64,000 bases of DNA, from NCBI RefSeq assembly GCF_030684315.1, contig NC_081396.1, forward strand, positions 9,353,628-9,417,627. The letters are read 5' to 3'. The notes beneath the pieces were generated by a model that was not told the DNA's origin, searched no databases, and saw nothing but the letters and a program-made list of their open reading frames with translations. Both the position numbers and the translations under genes were made by a program. This stretch comes from Stegostoma tigrinum. Its lineage: Eukaryota. This document shows positions 24,699 to 37,204 of the stretch, in pieces; the stretch's first letter is position 1, and each line of letters begins with the position of its first letter.

Positions 24699-25995
24699 TA
24701 ATAGTGACAATGGGAACTGCAGATGCTGGAGAATCCAAGATATTAAAATGTGAGGCTGGATGAACACAGCAGGCCCAGCAGCATCTCAGGAGCACAAAAG
24801 CTGAGGTTTCGGGCCTAGAACCTTCATCAGAGAGGGGGATGGGGTGAGGGTTCTGGAATAAATAGGGAGAGAAGGGGAGGCGGACCGAAGATGGAGAGAA
24901 AAGAAGATAGGTGGAGAGGAGAGTATAGGTGGGGAGGTAGGGAGGGGATAGGTCAGTCCAGGGAAGGCGGACAGGTCAAGGAGGTGGGATCAGGTTAGTA
25001 GGTAGGAGATGGTGGTGCGGCTTGGGGTGGGCGGAAGGGATGGGTGAGAGGAAGAACAGGTTAGGGAGGCAGAGACAGGCTGGACTGGTTTTGGGATGCA
25101 GTGGGTGGAGGGGAAGAGCTGGGCTGGTTGAGTGTTGCAGTGGGGGTTGGGGACGAACTGGGCTGGTTTTGGGATGCGGTGGGGGAAGGGGAGATTTTGA
25201 AGCTGGTGATGTCCACATTGATTCCATTGGACTGCAGGGTTCCCAAGCGGAACATGAGTTGCTGTTCCTGCAACATTCGGGTGGCATCATTGTGGCACTG
25301 CAGGAGGCCCATGATGGACATGTCATCAAAAGAATGGGAGGGGGAGTGGAAATGGTTCGCGAATGGGATGTGCAGTTGTTTATTGCAAACCGAGCGGGGG
25401 TGCTCTGCAAAACGGTGTGCAAGCCTCCACTTCGTTTCCCCAATGTAGAGGAAGCCACACCGGGTACAATGGATACAGTATACCACAATGGCAGATGTGC
25501 AGGTGAACCTCTGCTGAAAACGGAAAGTCATACTGGGGCCTGAGACAGGGGTGAGAGAGGAAGTGTGGGGGCAAGTGTAGCATTTCCTGCAGTTGCAGGG
25601 GAAAGTGCCGGGTGTGTTAGGGCTGGAGAGCAGTGTGGAGCGAACAAGGGAGTGACGGAGAGAGTGGTGTCTCCGGAAAGCAGACAAGGGTGGGAATGGA
25701 AAAATGTCTTGGGTGGTGGGTTCGGATTGTAGATGGCGGAAGTGTCAGAGGATGATGCGTTGTATCCGGAGGCTGGTGGGTGGGGTGTGAGAATGAGGGG
25801 TATCCTCTTTGGGCGGTTGATGCGGGGGCAGGGTGTGAGGGATTTGTTGCGGGAAATGCGGGAGACGTGGTCAAGTGCGTTCTCGACCACTGTGGGGTGA
25901 AAGTTGCGGTCCTTGAAGAACTTGGACACCTGGGATGTGCAGGAGTGGAATGCCTCATCGTGAGAGCAAATGTGGCGGAGGCAGAGGATTTGGGA
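24699..25995 (-). mobile_element. Penelope-like element, left arm of a head-to-head insertion (RT C-term, GIY-YIG, 3' repeat with tail)
   Basis: ORF 25061-25687: PCNCRKCYTC, VYCIHCTRCGFLYIGETK. Hammerhead core at ~24802-24830. Confidence 0.93.
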
Positions 25996-27466
25996 GGAGC
26001 TCGAACAATTCATCCACTTCACCAACACCTTCCACCCCAACCTTCAGTTCACCTGGGCCATCTCCAGCACATCCCTCACCTTCCTGGACCTCTCAGTCTC
26101 TATCTCAGGTAACCAGCTTGTAACTGATGGTCATTTCAAGCCCACTGACTCCCATAGCTGCATAGAATACACCTCCTCCCACCCACCCTCCTGCAAAAAT
26201 TCCATTCCCTATTCCCAATTCTTCGCCTCCACCGCATCTGCTCCCACAATGAGGCATTCCACTCCCGCACATCCCAAATGTCCAAGTTCTTCAAGGACCG
26301 CAACTTTCCCCCCACAGTGGTCAAGAACGCCCTTGACTGCATCTCTCGCATTTCCCGCAACACATCCCTCACACCCCGCCCCCGCCACAACCGCCCAAGT
26401 AGGATCCCCCTCGTTCTCACACACCACCCCACCAACCTCCGGATACAAAGCATCATCCTCTGACACATCAGCCATCTACATTACGACCCCACCACCCAAG
26501 ACATTTTTCCATCACCACCCTTGTCTGCTTTCCAGAGAGACCACTCTCTCTGTGACTCCCTTGTTCGCTCCACACTGCCCTCCAACCCCACCACACCCGG
26601 CACCTTCCCCTGCAAACGCAGGAAATGCTACACTTGGCCCCACACCTCCTCTCTCACCCCCATCCCAGGCCCCAAGATGACTTTCCGTTTTCAGCAGAGG
26701 TTCACCTGCACATCTGCCAATGTGGTATACTGTATCCATTGTACCCGGTGTGGCTTCCTCTACATTGGGGAATCCAAGCGGAGGCTTGCAGACTGCTTTG
26801 TAGAACACCTCCGCTCAGTTTGCAATAAACAACTGCACCTCCCAGTCGTGAAACATTTTAACTGCCCCTCCCATTCTTCAGACGAAATGTCCATCATGGG
26901 CCTCCTGCAGTGCCACAATGATGCCACCTGAAGGTTGCAGGAACAGCAACTCATATTCCGCTTGGGAACCCTGCAGCCCAATGGAATCAATGTGGACTTC
27001 ACCAGCTTCAATATCTCCCCTTCCCCCACCGCATCCCAAAACCAGCCCAGTTCATCCCCTCCCCCACTGCACCACACAACCAGCCCAGCTCTTCCCCTCC
27101 ACCCACTGCATCCCAAAACCATTCCAGCCTGTCTCTGCCTCCCTAACTTGTTCTTCCTCTCACCCATCCCTTCCTCCCACCCCAAGCCGCACCTCCATCT
27201 CCTACCTACTAACCTGATCCCACCTCCTTGACCTGTCCATCTTCCCTGGACTGACGTATCCCCTCCCTACCTCCCCACTTATACTCTCCTCTCCACCTAT
27301 CTTCTTTTCTCTCTATCTTCGGTCTGCATCCCCCTCTCTCCCTATTTATTCCAGAACCCTCACCCCATCCCCCTCTCTGATGAAGGGTCTAGGCCCGAAA
27401 CCTCAGCCTTTGTGCTCCTGAGATGCTGCTGGGCCTGCTGTGTTCATCCAGCCTCACATTTTATTT
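25994..27466 (+). mobile_element. Penelope-like element, right arm of a head-to-head insertion
   Basis: EELEQFIHFTNTFHP..FLDLSV; GIY-YIG in ORF 26521-26931; 3' repeat. The whole unit 24699-27466 is flanked by TSD ccccagatcat. Confidence 0.93.
27374..27407 (+). ncRNA. Minimal hammerhead ribozyme motif
   Basis: CTGATGA (27377-27383)-a-GGGT-ctag-GCCC-GAAAC-CTC-agc. Confidence 0.62.
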
Positions 27467-27699
27467 CCCCAGATCATGATCTCAGTCTCTGGGTTTACAG
27501 ACAAGCAATAATACCACTTGCCATCACCTCCCCCAAAGGTTAACATTCCTGATCATTTTCCAGCACTCCAGATAAATGAATGTGAATGTGCTTTTATTTT
27601 GCAAGGGAAACCTGTTGAAATTGGCAGACAAGCTGGAGTTGGGGTTCCTCTGTCTGTGAGAAAAGGAGAGGTGATTATAGCAACACATGGACAATTAAA

Positions 27700-30460
27700 T
27701 TTGCTGTGAATGTGGTCAGAATCTTTGGAAATTGATCGAATTCAATTGCAAATGAGCGGAACCGAAACAGCTTGATTTGCAGTTAAAAGCAGAGTAAAGA
27801 GAAACGGAAAGAATCGGCCTGGGAGAAGAAAAAGAAAAGGAAAGGGAGGCCCCAGGAGAAGAAAGGGTAAAATAGCGAGAGTTTGAACTTCAGAAGTTGG
27901 CCATTAGACAGGAAGGTCGACATAAAAGAGTCGGGTTGAATGTAGAATGCACGCTTAATGAGAAGAGTAGTGAGGGCGAGCAAACCTGTCGTCGCCAAAG
28001 GGCTGGTGGAATTCATGGTGAGACGAGAATTGCTCCATTATGTAAAGTGGGGTTGGAGTATCTGGTGAAAAGTGGAGAAGTGGTGGTGGGAAGGCAGGAG
28101 GAACACAATTTTGAGGGGGTGTTAAAATGTTTCGCGAATGGGAGGTGCAGTTGTTTAATGCGAACCGAGTGGAGCTGCTCTGCAAAGCGGTCCCCATGCC
28201 TCCGCTTGGTTTCCCCAATGTAGAGTAAGCCAACCGGGTATAATGGATACAGTGTACCACATTGGTGGATGCGCAGGTGAACCTCTGCTTAATGTGGAAA
28301 GTCATCTTGGGGCCTGGGATGGGGGTGTGGGAGGAGGTGTGGGGGCAATTGTAGCACTTCGTGCAGTTGCAGGGGAAGGTGCTGGGTGTGGTGGAGTTGG
28401 AGGGCAGTGTGGAGTGAACAAGGGAGTCACGGAGAGTGTGGTCTCTCCGGAATGCAGACAAAGGTGGGGATGGAAAAATGTCTTGGGTGGTGGGGTCGGA
28501 TTGTAAATGGCGGAAGTGTCGGAGGGTGATATGTTGTATCCGGATGTTGGTGGGGTGGTGTGTGAGAACGAGGGGGATCCTCTTCGGGCGGTTGTGGCTG
28601 TGGCGGGGTGTGAAGGATGTGTTGCGGGAAATGTGGGAGACACAGTCAAGGGCGTTCTCGACCACTGTGGGGGGAAAGTTGCAGTCCTTGAAGAACTTGG
28701 ATATCTGGGATGTGCAATAGTGGAATGCTTCATTTTGAGAGCAGATGGGGTGGAGGCGGAGGAATTGGGAATAGGGGATGGAATTGTTGCAGGAGGGTTT
28801 GTGGGAGGAGGTGTATTCTAGGTAGCTGTGGGAGTCAGTGGGCTTGAAATGGAGAACAGTTTCTAGCTGGTTACCTGAGATGGAGACTGAGAGGTCCAGC
28901 AAGGTCAGGGATGTGTTGGATATGGCCCAGGTGAACTCGAGTTTGGGGTGGAAGGAGTTGGTGAAGTGGATGAACTGTTCGAGTTCCTCTTGGGACCAAG
29001 AGGTAGCGCCGATACAGTCATCAATGTGGCTTATAGACATAACTCTCTAAAGTTGGGACAGGTTTAAAAAGAGATTGAATGCCTGCTCTGATTCAAATTA
29101 ATTGAATTGAGTTGCTGCGACTGGAGTTACCTTGTAGTAATGGTGCCAAAACCAGACCAAACACTGCCATTACATTTGGACTATCACAAAGCCAATGCAA
29201 TTCCAAAGTCTGATTCATTTCCAATTCCACATTTGGAAGAGTCGATTGAGAAGACGGGACAAGCAACTTGTATTTCTATGTTGGACTTATTCAGAGGATA
29301 GTGGTAGGTATCTTTATCTGAAAGAATGAAGACAATTCGCATCATTGAATGGTCTATATCAATTTAAAATCATGCCATTTGGTATGCGCCAGCCACATTT
29401 CAAAGATTAACCAATTATGTGGCATACGTTGAAGACCTGGTTATATTCAGTCACGCATGGAAGGAACATTTGCAGCATTTATCAGAATTATTCAATCAAC
29501 GTCAGGATGCAGACTTGGTTTTAAACTTGGTTAAGAGTGAATTCACCAAATCCCAAGTCACGTTCCTGGGTGATGTGTTGGAAGTGGCCAGGCAGCCTCA
29601 CAGAATGCAGGGAAAGAGTTACAGCAGAATTCCCCACATCATGAATGTAGCGAGCAGTACTATGATTCCTGGAATTGAGTGGGTTTTATTGCAAATTTGT
29701 ACCAAATTTTAGCAGTGTCATTTCTCCACGAACTGACTTATAAATGCAGTGGAGAAAATTTCAGTGGGCAGCAGACTGTCGGAAGACTTTTGACAGCCTG
29801 AAAGCTGTGTTAACCCCTGCCTCAGTATTTGCTACACCTAATGACATAAAGCCATTTATGGTGGCTATAATTGCAAGTGATGTGGGTCTCAGTGCTGTAC
29901 TCTTGCAAGAAGACAATGAGGAGATAGCGAAACAAATCTGAAATTTCTCTGGGAAATTGAATATTCACGATAGGAAATATTTCATGATTGAGAAAGAGGG
30001 TTTGAACGTGGTGCTGGCGTCTCAATATTGCAACATTTATGTTACCAACAAAGTGTCTGAGACAGTTATAAATACTGATCATATCCCATTTAAGTCTTTG
30101 GAGTAATTTATTGATGAAAATTTCAGACTATTTAGATGGACTTATTGCTGCAGCCATGCAGCTTGAAAATTATTCACATTGCGGGATGAGAAAATGTAAT
30201 TGTTGATGCGTTGTCATGACTTGCATGAAGTAAAATGGAGGCATTCAGTCGCAGGAGTAAATGGACTGAAATAGATATTGTCTTGAACTTTTGCAGACTC
30301 AGAATCAATGTAATATATATGTATGGAGTATGACTATGGATTTTTAAATGAAGCCATCATTGTACATTGATAGTTCATATCTTCAGGGGGTGATCTTGCT
30401 GTCATTTTGAAAAGGTTATTTTGTCCTTGGCTTTTTGAACAGATTTTGTAAAAGCAGGTA
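27700..30460 (+). mobile_element. Gypsy/Ty3 LTR retrotransposon remnant (Gmr1-like): gag/protease fragments, RT, RNase H, start of 3' LTR
   Basis: VVMVPKPD..LDYHKANA..SDSFPIP..LDLFRG, MPFG..APATFQRL, AYVEDLVIFS, KPFMVAIIASDVGLSAVLLQE. The reading frame ends after RNase H (IIHIAG*ENVIVDALS*) with no integrase behind it. Confidence 0.85.
28110..29025 (-). mobile_element. Penelope-like element internal fragment nested in the Gypsy remnant
   Basis: ORF 27955-29040: IDDCIG..LLDLSV..PCNCTKCYNC..VHCIHY. Confidence 0.92.
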
Positions 30461-30464
30461 ACTT

Positions 30465-31400
30465 CAGGTGAGAGTGACAGTCCTTGGCATCGAGGGTGCA
30501 TTTAACCGAGTGTGGCATCATGGTTTTGTGAAAAACTGAAATGAATGGATACCAAGGAGTAAGCTCACTGCTAATTGGAGTCATACCTGGCACAAAGGAA
30601 GATGGTTGCAGTCGTTCAGGGGGTGCGAGTCAATCATCTCAGCTCCAAGATATCTCCTCCTGATTTCCTGAGGGTGGCGTCCTGGACTCAACCATCTTCA
30701 CCTGCTTCTTCAATGACCTTCCCCTCAATGTAACATCAGAAATGGGAATGTTTGCCAATTATTGTATGGCCACCAACACTAGTCATACTCAGATACTGAA
30801 GCAGCCCATGTTCAAATATAATAAGATCTGGGCAATGTCCAGGATTGGCCTGATAAGTGGCAAGGAGTATTTGCACCACACGTCTGTCCATCCTCTACAG
30901 GAAACAAGTCAAAAGTGTGACAAAATACTCCCCATTCACCTGGATGTGTTCAGCTCCACCAACACTTGAGAAGATTGTCACCAACCAGGACAAAGATGCC
31001 TGCTTGATTGGTATCACGTCCACAAATATCCACTCCTTCTTCCACCCATTCTCAATACCAGCGTGGCGTACTATCTCCAATATGCACTACAGAAATTCAC
31101 GAAAGATCCTTAGACAGCACTTTGCAAACCTTGAATCATTTCTATCTGGAAAAATGAGGGCAGCCCACATCCTAGTCGAAAAGCAACCACCTCTAAAATT
31201 CTCCTCCAGACCATTCACCATCTGGGCATGGAATTATGTCAGTGTCACTGGGTTAAAATTCTGGAATTCGCTCTCTCACAGTATTGTGGCTTGATCCATA
31301 GGACGTTAATGGCAGTGGATCGAGTAGGCACCTCACCACCATTCTCTCATTTGCAACTAGTGCAAAGCAGTAAAGGCTGGTCAGCCAGAAATATCAGTTT
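30465..31400 (+). mobile_element. CR1-group LINE RT fragment, decayed
   Basis: VTVLGIEGAFNRVWH (ALDIKAAFDRVWH-like), PEGGVLDSTIFTCFFNDL (PQGSVLGP-like), MFAN (FADD-like). Confidence 0.75.
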
Positions 31401-32847
31401 CTTCCAACCTTTTTTTGTTAACTCATCCATTAATGAGGAAACATTGGCCCAGAGATTTTCACTTGTTTAATTTTGCATTCTAGCATGTTCTCCTACTGTC
31501 ACACTCCCCAAGCTCTGTGGTCACGTATTTTGCATGTCGCAAAGAAACGTTAGTACAGTTCTAAACATATAATGCCTTCATAATTTTCCATATTGAGCAA
31601 AGATGTCTTTGCATTGATATCGTTAATCAGCAGCCAACTTTCTCAGTTCTGCTGTGCATTGTGCTGAATCCATCAGGCTTGAAGAGGTATTCAGCATGGA
31701 ACATTTAGAAAATCTGTCTGACACGTCTGGTGAACTTCAGTAGATTGTTCAGATTCACAACTAGTTTAAATTAATTCATTGCTATTTCCCTGATTAAACC
31801 ATATATGTGGGAGTTGAAATAAAAGATGAACTGACTGGTTCGATCAACACAGCTCTTTGAGTATCCTCAGTACATCTATTTCAAATTTGTGCAGTTATGG
31901 CTTCCAGCAACAAGAGTTCCTCTTTAGGATGCAACTGGTTATGCGCTCGCAGTTAGATTGTAAATTAAACCATCATGGAAAATATTGCTGGTAATATAGA
32001 AAATGTCTTAAATACCCATGACTTCAGAAATATGCATAGATTACAAGCTTGAGGAAGGCAGTATCTAGTGCACAGTAGAACACGTTCTTCATTTAAAAAT
32101 ATGAAAATCTATTATTTATTTACTGTACTTGACAGAATATCTCTATTTAACAATCGGAAGTATATTGCTCACGTTTGTTCAGTCCGTGATAACAAACTCA
32201 GACAAAATTAGACATTAATAAAGTTGTGAAATACCCAGCGGAAACATATTTTCATTTGTTGCAATTTTTTAAACTTATCTTTCACTCCAAGCTGGTGAAA
32301 TGAAAACTACTTTATAACAACAAAACAAACCTGACACTAAATAATCTTCATTTAATCAATTTGAATGCATTTCCACAATGGGATTCTGTTCTGATTATCG
32401 CAGTCCGTTCAAAATCCCCAAAGCTCAGGAGAAGTTTACAGGATATCAAAAATTATTTTTGAGTTAGAGACATTTCCGACTGAGCTGAACTCAGATTGTT
32501 AAAATAACCCACCTGAATGATTTTGTGAGTTACTTTGAATTATTAAGTTTATTGAGTCAATAACATACGTTCAACCTGACGATATTTTTCATTCTCATGA
32601 ATTCTTACTCTCTGGCTCAACTTTCATCAGAAAATTAAGTTACAATGAATCTTTAACTTTTGACTTGATAGATTGAGCAGTTCTATGAGCTGAGAAGACT
32701 GTTGTACTGTTTGTGTCTGTGATATTTCCGCCAGTGTTGTCAGGATTTTGAGTTTAGGAACCTGCCTGAATGGCTGTCAACCTTTCATTTCTGTCTAATG
32801 CATCTCAGATACTTTATTTGTCTTTGGAAAAACACTTTTACCCAACG

Positions 32848-32996
32848 GGTGGCACAGTGGCGCAGTTGCATAGTGGCTAGCACTACTGCTCACAGCTCCG
32901 GGGGCCCAGGTTTGATTCCATCCTCAGGCAACAGTCTACATGGAGTTTGCACATACCCCCATGACTGCGTGGGATCCTTCCCGGTGCTCCAGGCTC
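32848..32996 (+). mobile_element. HE1-type V-SINE, 5' part
   Basis: gggtggcacagtggcgcag...agcactactgctcacagctcc..ggtttgattcc..ggagtttgcac. Confidence 0.75.
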
Positions 32997-34109
32997 CAGA
33001 CAGTAGGGGCTCAATGGACGTTCTATAAATTATCATTGACGAGGGCATATTTTGCCAAAAATGAGATCCCAGGTCTAATTGTGTCAATAATCTGTAGGAG
33101 TTTTGAGTAGTTGCTAACAATCATCAATATACCTGGGGGTTGCTTGATTAATCAAGACAGAGCTGCGCATTTAATCTGTGACCTGACATGTTTAGTGGCA
33201 CAATGTAGAAACCTAAGCGATACTTGCTATTTGAAAACCTATTGCAGATTCTGAATATTACTGACAAGGGACAAATTATACCTCAAATGTATTCATGCAT
33301 TTCAACAACAGCAGGCCATTTATTCCAGAGCAATTGGGAAGGGAGTTCCATTCTTGTAATCCAGTGACCCCAAATTTACAGCAACATCGCACCCAGTCAG
33401 GCTACTTTATGTCTGGGTGGAATAATTAAAGTGATTATGCTTCCCATGTAAATTCTATCCTTGTCCTCCTACGTGGTAGAATTTCTATATTTTGAAGGTA
33501 TCAAACAAATCTTGAGTAATTGTTGAAATGTAACTTTCCAAGCACAGAATTTACATGGGTGCATTGGTGCTGCACTTGATTGATGAATAATATCGCTGAA
33601 CGTGTATCAAACAGATGGGCTGAATTATGCTAGATTGTGTCGAGCTCATTCTCTTCAGTGTTCTTGTGGTGCAGTGGTAGCCTAAAGCGTCAGAAAATGA
33701 CAGGAGCATAAACAATGGAGCCAGGTCTTCAGGCTGAGCCACTCAGTCTAGAAAGGACATTTATCTTGGGACAGAAGCTGGGAGATGGGAGGGACACAGT
33801 GACAGATATGTTTACAAATCTAGGAGCAAATGCAGATGCTGGAATCTGTCCCAAAAACAAAAAAAAATGGTGTAAATCACTGGCAGTCAGACAACATCTG
33901 ATGAGAGAGAGCCAGCTGACTTTTCCTGTCTCGATTATTTTTCATCAGACTCTTTGGCAAACACCTTGCTGGACATCAGCAGTGAAATGGAAAGCAAGGT
34001 GCAAGAAGCAAATGGAATTGCTGTCAGATAGAAAAACAAAACTTCTTCAGGGTGGGCCTTCCTCGAAGAGGTGTGTCATTTGATTAAACACAATTTCGGA
34101 GCAAATTAC

Positions 34110-34720
34110 TGCAGATGGTGTAACCTGCACTGTAACAAAAAAAAATGCTGTCAATCACAGAGGGTCAGGCAGCATCCATGGAGAGAGATGGAGCTCACGT
34201 TTCAGGTACAGAGGGCTCTTCATCTGCCCCAAGACTTCTCCCCATAGCCGTTTATTTTTTAAAAAAGTATCCTGTTCATGCACCCACTTGTCTGTCCTCG
34301 CCATGCTGAAATGCTCCAACAAATGAGAGCACCAACGGGAGAAAGAACATTTTATCTTCAGACCGAGCACTTTACGACCTTCTTGACTTAATATTGAATT
34401 CAACACCTTCAAATTGTAAACTCATTCCCATTTCTTCCCTTCCTTTCAGCGTCATTTGTGTCATTCTCTGTCACCATGTCCTCTGTCTCTTCTCCCGACT
34501 TTAGTGGGGCCACCTGTTCTTTTGACCTTCGCAGTGAGACATGCCATTGTTCTTCGCTCTCACCGCACAATCAGCACACGTTCTCCACCAGCACTCCAAC
34601 TCGCATCATCGCGCAAATACACTTCATGTCAGCACTGATGAAGCATCATCTAGATTCACACCAGTAGCTTGCTCGGCATGCACGGATGATGCGCAAACTG
34701 CTGCAATTTTCAGCATTTCT
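34110..34720. mobile_element. Old PLE remnant: inverted terminal repeat + GIY-YIG C-terminus + 3' repeat
   Basis: tgtcctcgccatgctgaaatgctcc...ttatcttcagac..gcacttta...aatattgaattcaac; hammerhead-like cactgatgaagcatcatctagattc at ~34635. Confidence 0.55.
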
Positions 34721-34727
34721 TGTTATA

Positions 34728-35330
34728 AAGCCTGTAAATCTAGTGCAGTGCGGAAATGGCCTAGTCGGTACAGGGCTCTTGGTTTTGCGCAACAGCTGCT
34801 GGGAGGTGGAGAGGGATGCAGTAAGTAATAAGCCCATAAATGTCGGTAGATACAGATTTGGGACTAGTCTTTACTGGACTCTTAACTTGGGGCAACAACA
34901 GCAGCTGGGAGGCAGGAAGGGACCCAGAAACCAGTAAGCCTATAAAGTCAGCGTGGTAGTGATTTAGACGTCATCTTTCGAGGGCTTTATCTCAGTGCAG
35001 CAGCATCTGGGAGGCGGGAGTAACACAACTAATGAGAAGCCTATAAATCCAGCATAGGATGGATTCGGCACAGTTTTGCACGACACTTATCTAAGTTCAG
35101 CCAGAGGTGGAGAGGGACAGAGCAACTGTTAAGTCTATAAATCTAACATGGTACAGACTTGGGCCTGATCTCTGCAGGGCTCTTAGTTTGGAGCAGCAGC
35201 AGCAGCTGGGAGGGACACAGGAACCAGTAAGCCAATAGATCTTGTGTGGTGCAGATTTGGGCTCAGTCTTTACTGAGCGCCTATCTCAGAACGGCCAGAG
35301 GTGGAGAGGGAAACAATGACTGGAAAGCCC
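34728..35330 (+). repeat. Degenerate tandem repeat, ~100-bp unit, six copies
   Basis: aagcctataaatc-like unit starts at 34728, 34830, 34936, 35037, 35131, 35229 and 35325. Shared cagcagctgggagg and gaggtggagaggg motifs. Confidence 0.8.
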
Positions 35331-35339
35331 TGTAATGTG

Positions 35340-37030
35340 GCAAATGTTGGTGGGAAACTAGAGGATACGGAAATCATTAAAGGTTAATAGAAAGCCATGA
35401 GTGAAGCGAGAAAGAAAGGTAAGATGGATAATGACAGTCCACAAGTTCAGAATAAAACAAAACAGAAAGGAAATTTTTCTGCAAATATCAAAAAACAACA
35501 AAAAAGAGCGGTTAAGTTAAACTTTGATCCTTTACAGGATGTGAGGGGCATTTAATAATGCGAAATGAGAAAATTGCTGAGGCATTGAACGGGTCATATG
35601 TTGGTCTTCACAGCAGAAGACACAAATAACAGGTCAAAAATTGATGAACAGGAGGATATAGCTGGCGAGGACTTCAAATGACGATTACCACGAAAGATTA
35701 ATGTTGGGCAAGCTAATGGGGCTGTAGGTAGAAAAGTCGTCTGGCCCTGATTGATTGCATCGCAGGGTATTAAACGAGATGGCAGGGTAAATAAAAAATG
35801 CACTTGTGGGAATTGACCAAAATTTACTGGGCTCTGGGGCAGTTCCAGCAGATTGGAAAACAGCAAATGTGATGCCACTGTTTATTAAAAGAAAAGGTAG
35901 ACAAAAGGTGGGTATCTCTAGGTCCGTGAGGTGAACTTCTGCAGAGGGGAAATGCTTGACTCCATAATAAAGGAAGAAATAACGAGACAACTGCATAGAA
36001 ATTGTCTCATCATGCAGACCGACCATGGGATCATGAAAGGCAGGTCAGATATACATAATTTGCTGGAATTCTTTGAGGAAATTCCAGGCACCGTGGGATA
36101 GAGGGAACTGGTGAATTTGGATTTCTGAAGGCATTCGACAAAGTGCCACAGAAAATGTGGCTGCATTAGATAAAAATGCAGGGCATTGCCAGTCATGGGT
36201 AGATGTTTGGATAACTAACAGAGCACAAAAAGTAGGGATAAATAAATGTTGACAATCAGTGACGAGTCGTGTGCTGCAATTATTTACAATTTGCATCGGT
36301 GATTTGGAGTTGGGGAATAAGCGTGCAGTGTCAAAGTTTGCAGATGACACCAAAATGAGTGGTAGAACAAAGTACAGAGGTCACTGAAAGTCTGCAGAAG
36401 GATATAGATAGGTTACGCGTGTGGGCAAAGGTCTGTCAGATGGAGTACAATGATGGTAGACATGAGGTCATCCATTTTTGTCGGAATAACAGCAAAATGG
36501 ACTATTGTTAAATGGTGAAAAATTGCAGCATGCTGCTGTGCAGAGGGACCTGAGTGTCCTCATGCATGAATCACAAAAACGTGGCTTGCCGGTGCAGCAG
36601 GATATTTATGAGGAAAATGAAACATTGTCCTTCATTGCGAGAGTGATTGAGTTTAAAAACAGGCAGGTTATGTTGCAGCTGTACAGAGTGCTGGTGAGGC
36701 CACACCTGGAGGACTGCAGATAGTTTTGGTCTCTTTATTTGAGGAATGATGCAATGACACTCGAGACGTTGCAGAAGAGATTTACCTGATTGATTTCAGA
36801 GCTGAGAGGATTGGCTTATGCGGAAAGATTGAGTAAACTGAGACTATACAGATTAGAACTGAGAAAAATGAGCGGGCGATTTTGTAGAAAAGTATAAAAT
36901 TATGAAGGCAATAGACAAGATAGAAACCAATGAAGCAGTTGAGGCTCTCTCATTAAATATTTTTCAGACATAGGTCAAGTTTTGAATAGTAAAGTAGTTA
37001 AATGTTATGGTGAATAGGTGCGTAAGTGGA
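35340..37030 (+). mobile_element. CR1 LINE ORF2 (RT) fragment, decayed
   Basis: WKTANVMPLFIK, AFDKVPQ, KFADDTK, VQRDLSVL, LYRVLVRPHLEDC. Confidence 0.92.
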
Positions 37031-37204
37031 TCATAGTGTACAAGAGAAGGAGGTAATGCTGAGATTCCACAGTGTGGAACTGGAGGAACACAGCAGCCCA
37101 GGCAGCGTCAGAGGAGCAGGAAAGCTGAGGTTTCGTGTTGGCAGTCTTCAAGGGGAAAACTGTGTTATCTCAGACTCCAACATTATCAGTTCTTAGTATC
37201 TCTG

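Noticed and set aside
469-28821. Many Pro/Ser/Thr-rich or Gly-rich ORFs overlapping PLEs
   Set aside because: Alternative-frame or antisense translations of the C-rich PLE coding strand.
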